A stretch of DNA of 64,000 nucleotides from the NCBI GenBank assembly GCA_947501555.1, contig CANMWG010000002.1, forward strand, positions 8,224 to 72,223. The letters are read 5' to 3'. Below the pieces are notes generated by a model. The model saw only the letters and a list, made by a program, of their open reading frames with translations. It ran no database searches and was not told where the DNA came from. This DNA comes from an uncultured Rhodobacteraceae bacterium (GTDB lineage Bacteria > Pseudomonadota > Alphaproteobacteria > Rhodobacterales > Rhodobacteraceae). This document shows, piece by piece, positions 8,961 to 17,228 of this stretch (the stretch's first letter is position 1; each line of letters opens with the position of its first letter). Both the position numbers and the translations under genes were made by a program.

Positions 8961-10025
8961 ATGCCCGCTAAAATTCCCGCAACCGTCGTCACCGGCTTCC
9001 TTGGTGCAGGTAAAACAACCCTCATCCGCCACATGCTGCAAAATGCTGAAGGCAAAAAAATCGCGCTGATCATCAATGAATTTGGTGATCTGGGTGTCGA
9101 CGGCGATATCCTCAAAGGCTGCGGTGAGGAAACCTGTACCGAAGACGATATCGTCGAGCTGTCAAACGGCTGCATCTGCTGCACTGTCGCTGATGATTTC
9201 ATCCCGACCATGGAACAACTGCTCGCCCGCGAAGACAAACCCGATCATATCGTCATCGAAACATCCGGCCTCGCCCTGCCCCAACCGCTCGTCCGGGCCT
9301 TCAACTGGCCCGGCATCTCAACCAAAGTCACTGTCGATGGTGTGGTCACGGTGGTCGACGGGCGCGCCGTGCATGACGGGCAATTCGCCCATAACGTCGC
9401 CGCCGTCGATGCCCAACGCGCCCAAGACGAAAACCTCGATCATGAAACACCCTTGTCCGAGCTTTTCGAAGACCAAGTCGCCTGCGCCGATATGATTGTC
9501 GTCAACAAGGCCGACCTGCTGGGCGAAGATGAGGCCAGCGCGCTGACAAACCGCCTCAAATCCGAAAGCCGCGACGGCGTGCAAGTGGTCAAGGCCAGCA
9601 TGGGCGCGCTCCCCGTTGATGTGCTGTTGGGCCAGGGCATCGGGGCGGAAACAGACCTCGCCAGCCGCCACGAAGTGCACCATCATCATCATGACGACGA
9701 CGATCACGATCACGATCACGATCACGCGCACGAACATGGCCATGATGAGTTTGAAAGCTTCATCGTCGCCCGTGGCGAAGTGACCGATGCCAACGCCTTC
9801 GCTGAACAGGTGGCCGACACGATCCGCGCCAACAACATCCTGCGGCTTAAAGGTTTCGTGGCCGTCGCGGGCAAGCCGATGCGACTGACCCTGCAGGCGG
9901 TCGGCCCTCGTGTAGACACCTATTTCGACCAGCCCTTCGGCGACGCCCCCCGCGAAACCCGTCTGGTTGTCATCGGCGAGGCGGGGCTTGATCAGGCGGC
10001 GATCACCGCCGCTTTGCAAGCATGA
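8961..10025 (+). CDS. cobW: Cobalamin biosynthesis protein CobW (G3E/COG0523 metallochaperone GTPase)
   Basis: P-loop GFLGAGKTT, CICC metal motif, NKADL, and a His/Asp-rich loop HEVHHHHHDDDDHDHDHDHAHEHGHDE. The ATG at 8961 is preferred over the track start at 8904. Confidence 0.92.
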   Translation: MPAKIPATVVTGFLGAGKTTLIRHMLQNAEGKKIALIINEFGDLGVDGDILKGCGEETCTEDDIVELSNGCICCTVADDFIPTMEQLLAREDKPDHIVIETSGLALPQPLVRAFNWPGISTKVTVDGVVTVVDGRAVHDGQFAHNVAAVDAQRAQDENLDHETPLSELFEDQVACADMIVVNKADLLGEDEASALTNRLKSESRDGVQVVKASMGALPVDVLLGQGIGAETDLASRHEVHHHHHDDDDHDHDHDHAHEHGHDEFESFIVARGEVTDANAFAEQVADTIRANNILRLKGFVAVAGKPMRLTLQAVGPRVDTYFDQPFGDAPRETRLVVIGEAGLDQAAITAALQA

Positions 10026-10477
10026 TCATCGTCGAAAAAACCGATCCGCATCACCCGCAGGCGACGGCGCTCTTGCGCCAAAGCCATGCGTTGATGCAGG
10101 AACTCTTCCCGCCCGAGGATAACTACTACCTCGAAATCGACGATCTGGTGGCGCCCGATATCCACTTTTTCACGGCCCGTGAGGGCGACCAAATCCTCGG
10201 CACCGGCGCGCTCAAAGTCAAATCAGGCTACGGCGAAATCAAATCCATGTTCGTGGATGAGGCCGCGCGCGGCAAAGGCGTGGCCGACGCTCTGATGCGC
10301 CAGCTCGAAGACACAGCTCGCGAACTCAAACTGCCCGTTATCAAGCTGGAGACCGGCAACCTGCTGCACGCGGCGCACAAACTCTACGCGCGGCACGGTT
10401 TCACCACCTGCAGCGTTTTTGGCGACTATGTCGAAGCCAAGTCCTCGATCTTCATGGAAAAGCCGCTGTGCAACTAA
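10022..10477 (+). CDS. GNAT family N-acetyltransferase
   Basis: 151 aa. Acetyl-CoA motif A-like RGKGVADALMRQLEDTAR. Its start overlaps the cobW stop (ATGA at 10022-10025). Confidence 0.8.
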   Translation: MIIVEKTDPHHPQATALLRQSHALMQELFPPEDNYYLEIDDLVAPDIHFFTAREGDQILGTGALKVKSGYGEIKSMFVDEAARGKGVADALMRQLEDTARELKLPVIKLETGNLLHAAHKLYARHGFTTCSVFGDYVEAKSSIFMEKPLCN

Positions 10478-10629
10478 GCCTTACCAGCCGCCTTTTTCAT
10501 ACGCGCCAGAAGTGCGGCCTTATCTTCGCGCGCCCCAAAGGGTTTCTTGCCCGATCCGTGGGCGTTGTGCTCAGCATGTTTCGGTGCGTTCTTGCCCTTC
10601 TTGGGTGCGCCCGATGCTTTGTAATCCAT
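10474..10629 (-). CDS. Small Lys-rich hypothetical protein (51 aa), absent from the ORF track
   Basis: The reverse strand reads MDYKASGAPKKGKNAPKHAEHNAHGSGKKPFGAREDKAALLARMKKAAGKA*. A GAGG lies 8 nt upstream of the ATG (complement of 10627-10629). It fills the otherwise empty GNAT-cobN gap. Confidence 0.4.
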   Translation of the reverse strand: MDYKASGAPKKGKNAPKHAEHNAHGSGKKPFGAREDKAALLARMKKAAGKA

Positions 10630-10676
10630 TGTCTCGACCTCATTATTTGCCCCGCCCTAACATGGGGTCAAAGATA

Positions 10677-13600
10677 ATGCACCTGCTTGCCGCCACACCT
10701 GGTGCGATCAGCGATGGCACAGAACCCGTTGATCTGGGCCAAACCCCCGCCGACGTCGTGATCATCTCTGCCGCGGACACCGAACTCGCCGCCCTGTCAG
10801 ACGCGCGGGCCGAGATGGATACACCGCCTACTCTGCGGCTGGCCAATATGATGCATCTGACCCACCCGATGTCAGTTGATCTGCATCTGGACGATTGCGC
10901 TACGAAATCACGCCTGGTCATCGCGCGCATCCTAGGCGGCGCAGGCTACTGGAAATACGGGCTGACCCAATACGCCGCCCGCCTGCACGCCGCAGGCATC
11001 CCCTTTGCCGCCCTGCCCGGCGACGACAAACCCGACCCCGAATTGCGCGAACTTTCTACCGTCAGCCCAGAGGATTACGACACGCTCTGGTCCTACCTCG
11101 TCGAAGGCGGCCCGGAAAACAGCACCAATCTGCTCCGCTACGCCAAGGCCATGCTTGACGGCGGCGAAAAACCCAGCGCCCCAGCCCCCCTGCTGCGCGC
11201 AGGTGTCTATTGGCCCGGCGCAGGTATCGCCGATCTGACCGCAGCACAGACCGCCTGGACCGATGGCGCGCCCATCGTCCCCATCATCTTCTACCGCGCT
11301 TTGGTGCAGGGCGGCGGTCTGAACCCGATCAACCGGCTGACACGCAGCTTGACCCGCGCGGGCCTGAACCCGCTGCCCATCTTCGTGGCCAGCCTGAAAG
11401 ACCCGGTCAGCAAAGCCACCCTGGATACGCTCTTCAAAGCCGCCGCACCCGACGTGATCCTCAATTGCACAGCTTTTGCGGTCGGGTCCCCCCATGACGG
11501 CGATGACAGCCCGGAAAACCCGCTGCTGACGAACAAGGCACCCATCTTCCAGGTCATCCTGTCGGGCGGATCCGAGACCACATGGGCCGATAGTCCCCAA
11601 GGCCTGACCGCACGTGACATCGCCATGAACGTGGCCCTGCCCGAGGTGGACGGACGCATCCTGTCCCGCGCGGTCAGCTTCAAAGGCGAGGCCTTCTTTG
11701 ACGATGCCACACAGTGCCCCATTGCGACCTATCAATCACGCGGCGACCGGATCGATTTCGTCAGCCAATTGGCCAAGAACTGGGCGCATCTGCGGCGCAC
11801 CGACCCGAAGGACAAGAAAACCGCCATAATCCTCGCCAACTACCCCAACAAAGACGGGCGGCTGGCCAATGGGGTCGGGCTCGACACGCCTGCAGCCACA
11901 GTGCACGTGCTGAACCTGCTCAATTCCCACGGCTACGACGTCACACTGCCCAGCAATAGCGCCGTCCTGATGCAACAGATCATGGACGGGCCCACCAACT
12001 GGCTCACCGACCGGGCCGACAAAGAAGGCGGCGAACTCCTGCCCCTCGAAGTCTACAAACAACATTTCGACGCCCTGCCCTGGGAGGTCAAAGAACAGAT
12101 CACCAACCGCTGGGGACACCCCGAAGACGACCCCTTTCTTATTTCCGCCCAAATACTCCCGTCGGAGGCATCAACACAGGCCCCAAGCGCAGGTTTCGCC
12201 CTCAGCATTCACCGGTTCGGCAACGCCATCGTCGGGTTGCAACCGGCACGGGGCTACAACATCGACCCGACCGAAACCTACCATTCCCCCGACCTCGTCC
12301 CACCGCATAATTACCTCGCGTTCTATTTCTGGCTCCGGCACCACTGGGGGGCCGACGCGATCATCCACATGGGCAAACACGGGAACCTGGAATGGCTTCC
12401 GGGCAAAGCGGTCGCCCTGTCCGAGACCTGCTGGCCCGAGGCCGTCTTCGGCCCCAACCCTCACATCTATCCTTTCATCGTCAACGACCCCGGCGAAGGC
12501 ACGCAAGCCAAACGACGTACATCCGCGGTGATCATCGACCACCTCACACCCCCGCTGACACGGGCTGAAAGCTATGGGCCCTTGCGCGATCTCGAAGCCC
12601 TCGTGGATGAATATTACGAAGCGGCGGGCGTCGACCCGCGCCGGATCGACCACCTAAGGCGCGAAATCCTGACGCTATCCGACGTGACCGGCCTTGCCAA
12701 AGACGCCGGGTTCACAGGCGACAAGGACGGCGACCTCGGCAAGCTCGACGCCTATTTATGCGAATTGAAAGAAGCACAAATCCGTGACGGGCTGCATATC
12801 TTCGGACAATCGCCGATAGGCCAACAAGAGTGCGACCTTGCCATCGCATTGGCGCGGGTCCCGCGCGGGGACGGAAAAGGCGCCAATGCATCGCTACTAC
12901 GTGCATTGGCCGAAGACCTGCAGCTTGGCATCGATCCACTCGACTGCGATCTTGGCGCGCCTGCATCGGAACAACCAAAACTGCTGGATGATGGCAGCAC
13001 GTGGCGGACCAACGGTGATACGGTCGAACGGCTTGAAAATCTCAGCCAAACCTTGCTGCGGGACGGGGGGTGGGGCGATGTGGGGTTCTCCCCACGAGCG
13101 TCACAGCCCGTCCTCGACCACATCCAATCCCACATCCTGCCCACAATACAGGCCTGCGGGGAGCTTGAGGGGGCGGGTCTCCTCAGCGGCCTTTCAGGAC
13201 ACTTCGTCAACCCGGGCCCGTCCGGTGCACCGACCCGAGGACGATTGGACGTCCTGCCAACGGGCCGGAACTTCTACAGCGTCGACAGCCGGGCCGTTCC
13301 CACCCCAACCGCTTGGGCGCTCGGGTGGAAATCCGCAAATCTACTCATCGAAAAACATCTGCAAGACCATGGTGATTGGCCACGAACTTTGTTGATCACC
13401 GCATGGGGAACAGCCAATATGCGCACAGGCGGGGATGATATTGCCCAAGCGCTCGCATTGATGGGGGTCAAACCCACATGGGATAGCGCCAATAGACGCG
13501 TGACAGGCTTCGACATCCTCCCCCAAAACATTCTCGGACGGCCCCGCGTGGACATAACTCTGCGCATTTCCGGTTTCTTCCGCGACGCCTTCCCGCAACT

Positions 13601-14393
13601 GATCGCGCTGGTCGATAGCGCGGCCCGGGCGGTACAAAATCTCGACGAACCGACGGAACTCAATCCCGCAGCAGCGCGCCACAAATCAGGTGAAGACAGT
13701 GCGCGCGTCTTCGGGTCCAAACCCGGCGCTTACGGGGCAGGTTTGCAAGCCCTGATCGACGAACGCCTCTGGTCCGACAAATCCGACTTTGCCGAGGCCT
13801 ATCTGGAATGGGGCAGCTACGCCTATGGCGCCGGCCAAGACGGACGCAAAGCGCGTGCAGCCATGGAACAGCGCTTGTCTCAAACAGAAGCCATTGTGCA
13901 AAATCAAGACAATCGGGAACACGACATTCTGGACAGCGACGACTACTACCAATTTGAAGGCGGGGCTGCGGCAGCGATTAACACATTACAAGGGCAAGAC
14001 AGGCCGATCTATCACAACGACCATTCGCGGCCAGAACGGCCGGTGATCCGCACGCTGGACGATGAAATCGGGCGGGTTGTGCGCAGCCGGGTCGTGAACC
14101 CAAAATGGATCGATGGGGTCAAAAGGCACGGCTACAAGGGTGCATTTGAAATCGCAGCGACGGTTGATTACCTCTTCGCCTTTGCCGCGACGACCGGTGC
14201 AGTGCGCAACCATCATTTCGATCTGGTGGAAGAGGCATTTATCAAGGACGACGCAACACGTGACTTCATCGCCGACGCCAATGCACCCGCGCTCAAAGAA
14301 ATCGCTGAACGGCTGCAAGAGGCGATTGACCGAGACCTCTGGCAACCAAAATCAAACTCAGCCCGGGCACGCATCGCGGGGCTCTTGGCGTAA
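10677..14393 (+). CDS. cobN: Cobaltochelatase subunit CobN (aerobic pathway)
   Basis: About 1238 aa. N-terminus MHLLAATPGAISDGTEPVDLGQTPADVVIISAADTELAALS matches the remembered CobN N-terminus (MHLLLAQ...IDLGQSPA...). The upstream 86 codons of the track ORF are rejected. Confidence 0.95.
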   Translation: MHLLAATPGAISDGTEPVDLGQTPADVVIISAADTELAALSDARAEMDTPPTLRLANMMHLTHPMSVDLHLDDCATKSRLVIARILGGAGYWKYGLTQYAARLHAAGIPFAALPGDDKPDPELRELSTVSPEDYDTLWSYLVEGGPENSTNLLRYAKAMLDGGEKPSAPAPLLRAGVYWPGAGIADLTAAQTAWTDGAPIVPIIFYRALVQGGGLNPINRLTRSLTRAGLNPLPIFVASLKDPVSKATLDTLFKAAAPDVILNCTAFAVGSPHDGDDSPENPLLTNKAPIFQVILSGGSETTWADSPQGLTARDIAMNVALPEVDGRILSRAVSFKGEAFFDDATQCPIATYQSRGDRIDFVSQLAKNWAHLRRTDPKDKKTAIILANYPNKDGRLANGVGLDTPAATVHVLNLLNSHGYDVTLPSNSAVLMQQIMDGPTNWLTDRADKEGGELLPLEVYKQHFDALPWEVKEQITNRWGHPEDDPFLISAQILPSEASTQAPSAGFALSIHRFGNAIVGLQPARGYNIDPTETYHSPDLVPPHNYLAFYFWLRHHWGADAIIHMGKHGNLEWLPGKAVALSETCWPEAVFGPNPHIYPFIVNDPGEGTQAKRRTSAVIIDHLTPPLTRAESYGPLRDLEALVDEYYEAAGVDPRRIDHLRREILTLSDVTGLAKDAGFTGDKDGDLGKLDAYLCELKEAQIRDGLHIFGQSPIGQQECDLAIALARVPRGDGKGANASLLRALAEDLQLGIDPLDCDLGAPASEQPKLLDDGSTWRTNGDTVERLENLSQTLLRDGGWGDVGFSPRASQPVLDHIQSHILPTIQACGELEGAGLLSGLSGHFVNPGPSGAPTRGRLDVLPTGRNFYSVDSRAVPTPTAWALGWKSANLLIEKHLQDHGDWPRTLLITAWGTANMRTGGDDIAQALALMGVKPTWDSANRRVTGFDILPQNILGRPRVDITLRISGFFRDAFPQLIALVDSAARAVQNLDEPTELNPAAARHKSGEDSARVFGSKPGAYGAGLQALIDERLWSDKSDFAEAYLEWGSYAYGAGQDGRKARAAMEQRLSQTEAIVQNQDNREHDILDSDDYYQFEGGAAAAINTLQGQDRPIYHNDHSRPERPVIRTLDDEIGRVVRSRVVNPKWIDGVKRHGYKGAFEIAATVDYLFAFAATTGAVRNHHFDLVEEAFIKDDATRDFIADANAPALKEIAERLQEAIDRDLWQPKSNSARARIAGLLA

Positions 14394-14489
14394 GATGTGT
14401 TTAAACCCATCTTACAAATCGCCGCTGTGGTCCGCCCGATTGAACACGATCCAAACCAAAGATACGATCCGCCCAAAGGGAGCCCACGC

Positions 14490-15098
14490 ATGACCGAAGA
14501 CACCGACCGCCACGCCATGAAAATGGCTAAGAAGAAAGCCGCCCGCGACAAGATCATGGCGACCAAAACCGACAAAAAAGGGCTTGTGATCGTCCATACA
14601 GGCAAGGGCAAAGGCAAGTCCTCGGCCGCCTTCGGGATGATTTTCAGATGCATCGCCCATGACATGAAATGCGCGGTCGTCCAATTCATCAAAGGCGGAA
14701 TGAGCACGGGCGAACGTGACCTCATCCTGTCAAAGTTCCAAGACATCTGCGCGTTCCACACCATGGGCGAAGGCTTTACTTGGGAAACCCAGGACAAATC
14801 CCGCGACACCGAAATGGCGCAAGCCGCCTGGGCCAAGGCCAAAGAGCTGATCCTAGATGAAAGCAACCACATGGTCCTGCTGGATGAGATTAACATTGCG
14901 ATCCGCTACGACTATGTCAGCGCGGCAGAGGTCGTTGATTTCCTCAAGAACCATAAGCCCGAGATGACACATGTGGTCCTGACCGGGCGCAATGCCCATG
15001 AGGATCTAATCGAAATGGCTGATCTGGTGACCGAAATGGAACTGGTCAAGCACCCGTTCCGGTCAGGGATCAAGGCCCAAATCGGGGTTGAATTCTAG
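14490..15098 (+). CDS. cobO: Cob(I)yrinic acid a,c-diamide adenosyltransferase CobO
   Basis: RHAMKMAKKKAARDKIMATKTDKKGLVIVHTGKGKGKSSAAFG...MELVKHPFRSGIKAQIGVEF is near-collinear with the remembered P. denitrificans CobO. AAGGGAG ribosome-binding site upstream. Confidence 0.93.
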   Translation: MTEDTDRHAMKMAKKKAARDKIMATKTDKKGLVIVHTGKGKGKSSAAFGMIFRCIAHDMKCAVVQFIKGGMSTGERDLILSKFQDICAFHTMGEGFTWETQDKSRDTEMAQAAWAKAKELILDESNHMVLLDEINIAIRYDYVSAAEVVDFLKNHKPEMTHVVLTGRNAHEDLIEMADLVTEMELVKHPFRSGIKAQIGVEF

Positions 15099-15196
15099 GC
15101 TTCATACGGTGCTTATGTGCAACGCTGTCCCATTCGGGATCGTAAAAACACTGCGGTGAATTGCAATGGCTGTAAGGCCGATTATGTAACACGGTC

Positions 15197-15859
15197 ATGA
15201 CACAGATGTTGAACCTGCAGGAAACGGACCTTGTCGCGAGCGGTGTGCAACGTGCGGTCTATCTGCATCCGGAAGACCACGACAAACTGGTCAAAGTGCT
15301 GCTGCCCTTGCCGGTGACGGCCGGTCGGTCTGGCTTTGGCAATTTCATGGAAAAGCACTTTCCACTGACCCGGGTCCGGCACATCCGCAAGGAATATACC
15401 GAGTATCTACGCCTGATGCTGTCCAATCAGGACCCGACCTTTCGACCACCCATCACGCATATGTATGGGTTTGCGAATACGCAGCTTGGGCTTGGTTGCG
15501 TAACAGAACGGGTAACAACAAAGGGGGGGGCATTGGCCAAAACCCTCGACTCTCTGGTGAAGAACCAAGGTATGACGCCGCGTAATCTGGATCTGTTGAA
15601 CGATACGATCAATCGCTTATATCAGTTGAACGTCCGCGCCAGCGACCTGACCCCCAAAAACTTGGTATTCGGATGCAGGAACGGGGGGCCAAAGGAATGT
15701 GTACTGGTCGACGGGTTTGGCGATATCCATGCGATCCCGGTCCGCTCAATGGCCAATTGGTCCAACCGGCTGGGTCTGGACGATAGCTGCAAACGGATGG
15801 CAAAGCGCACAGGGCTTTTGTGGAACAATAAGACCCGAGAGTTCTCGCAACCCAGCTGA
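15197..15859 (+). CDS. YrbL-family (PhoP regulatory network) kinase-fold protein
   Basis: Collinear with remembered E. coli YrbL motifs: YLHPED, IRKEYTEY, LTPKNLVF, VLVDGFGD..IP. Contains a G8 homopolymer at 15523-15530. Confidence 0.7.
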   Translation: MTQMLNLQETDLVASGVQRAVYLHPEDHDKLVKVLLPLPVTAGRSGFGNFMEKHFPLTRVRHIRKEYTEYLRLMLSNQDPTFRPPITHMYGFANTQLGLGCVTERVTTKGGALAKTLDSLVKNQGMTPRNLDLLNDTINRLYQLNVRASDLTPKNLVFGCRNGGPKECVLVDGFGDIHAIPVRSMANWSNRLGLDDSCKRMAKRTGLLWNNKTREFSQPS

Positions 15860-15900
15860 CAACAGGTTAAGCTCCGCCTGATGCAGCAAAGGACCCCAAC

Positions 15901-16245
15901 ATGCCAAAACACCGCGTTCTGACCGAGTTTGGAATGGGCACCAGCCTACGCAGACAGGACTACACGCAAGCGGCCCGCCGGGGTTTGCAGGATGCACTTT
16001 GGCATAACTCGATCAATATGGCCGAGCTCTTTGGTTTCGAAAAAGAGGCGATGTTGATTGATGTCCAGATCGGTGTCCAACAGCCAGATCAGGTGGATAC
16101 CGACAGCCTGCTTGATATCTTTCCATACGGCCAACCCACCATCACGGTCCACCACGGCGGGCTGGATGTGCCCCGCCCAGATGGCAAACCCACGGTGATT
16201 GCCAATGTCGCCATCAACGTCTCATTTGAAATGGAGCGGGTATGA
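15901..16245 (+). CDS. Lin0512-family protein (function unknown), copy 1 with a degenerate motif
   Basis: 114 aa. EFGMGTSLRRQDYTQAARRGLQDALWHNS matches the family signature G-x-G-x-D-x-H-G-x-D..AA.RA..DA..H only partly. It is a paralogue of the next gene. Confidence 0.65.
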   Translation: MPKHRVLTEFGMGTSLRRQDYTQAARRGLQDALWHNSINMAELFGFEKEAMLIDVQIGVQQPDQVDTDSLLDIFPYGQPTITVHHGGLDVPRPDGKPTVIANVAINVSFEMERV

Positions 16246-16604
16246 CTGACCAACGTGTGATCATCGAAATGGGCATGGGCAATGACCTGCATGGGATGGA
16301 CTATCAAAAGGCCGCCGCCAGGGCGATCGAGGATGCGATCCGCCATTCAACCCTCCCCATTTTCCAAAGCATCGACCTACCCCACACGCAAATGCGGGTG
16401 CAGGTGACCGTTGGCGTTCAAGAACCCGACAAGATCGACACTGACGCGTTGACCGCCGGGCTTCCGCGGGGCCGGGCCAAAGTCCACGCCGTCAAAGGTG
16501 GGTTAAACATCCCGAACCCGGAAACAGATGATACTGCCGTGGTTGCCACCGCCGCGGTTGAGGCCTTTTTGCCCTCGCAAAAGGGCAAGTGGACAGCCAC
16601 CTGA
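16242..16604 (+). CDS. Lin0512-family protein (function unknown), copy 2
   Basis: 120 aa. IEMGMGNDLHGMDYQKAAARAIEDAIRHS. Its start overlaps the stop of copy 1 (ATGA). Its TGA stop directly abuts the bluB ATG at 16605. Confidence 0.7.
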   Translation: MTDQRVIIEMGMGNDLHGMDYQKAAARAIEDAIRHSTLPIFQSIDLPHTQMRVQVTVGVQEPDKIDTDALTAGLPRGRAKVHAVKGGLNIPNPETDDTAVVATAAVEAFLPSQKGKWTAT

Positions 16605-17228
16605 ATGGAACTGACCCAGGCCCACCGTGAGGCGCTATCGGACGTGCTGCAGTGGCGGCGCGATGTCCGGCATTTTTTGCCAGATCCCGTACCAGCGGCG
16701 ACGCTGAAGCGTTTACGCATGGCGATGGACATGGCGCCATCGGTTGGCAACGCGCGGCCATGGCGGGTTTTGCAGGTCAGCACACCTGCTCTGCGTCAGG
16801 CCGTCATCGCCAATTTTAAAGCGGCGAATACCACGGCTGCCGCAATCTATGACGATGAAAAACGCAAGGCCTATAACGCCTTAAAACTCGCGGGCCTGCG
16901 CGACGCCCCGGTGCATTTGGCCGTGTTCACCGAGCAAAACCCGGACGCGGGGCACGGGCTTGGGCGCCAAAGCATGCCCGAAATGCTCAGCTATTCCACG
17001 GTCTCGGCCATCCATACGCTGTGGCTGGCAGCGCGTGCAGAAAACTTAGGCGTTGGATGGGTGTCTATCCTTGATCCGGACGGGATTACGCAGATCTTAA
17101 ACGTGCCTGAAAGCTGGCAGTTGACCGGTTATCTATGCCTTGGGAAGGCCGCGACGGACGATGATACCCCATTGCTGGAACGCAATGGTTGGCAGGGTCA
17201 CACGGACACGATCTGGCGCGAAATCTAG
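16605..17228 (+). CDS. bluB: 5,6-dimethylbenzimidazole synthase BluB (nitroreductase fold)
   Basis: 207 aa. WRRDVRHFLPDPVP, PSVGNARPWR and GVGWVSILDP motifs typical of BluB. Located in the cob locus. Confidence 0.88.
   Translation: MELTQAHREALSDVLQWRRDVRHFLPDPVPAATLKRLRMAMDMAPSVGNARPWRVLQVSTPALRQAVIANFKAANTTAAAIYDDEKRKAYNALKLAGLRDAPVHLAVFTEQNPDAGHGLGRQSMPEMLSYSTVSAIHTLWLAARAENLGVGWVSILDPDGITQILNVPESWQLTGYLCLGKAATDDDTPLLERNGWQGHTDTIWREI

Noticed and set aside
8441-9238. A 265-aa minus-strand ORF spanning the CbiM-like gene and the cobW start.
   Set aside because: It overlaps two well-supported + strand genes. It has no motifs and no ribosome-binding site.
9702-9725. The short tandem repeat (GATCAC)4, considered as a possible CRISPR or repeat element.
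   Set aside because: It lies inside cobW, is in frame, and encodes the HD-repeat metal-binding loop. There are no spacers. It is not a CRISPR array.
10419-10676. An 86-codon N-terminal extension of cobN in the ORF track.
   Set aside because: It overlaps the GNAT gene. The remembered CobN N-terminus aligns from MHLLAATPG at 10677.
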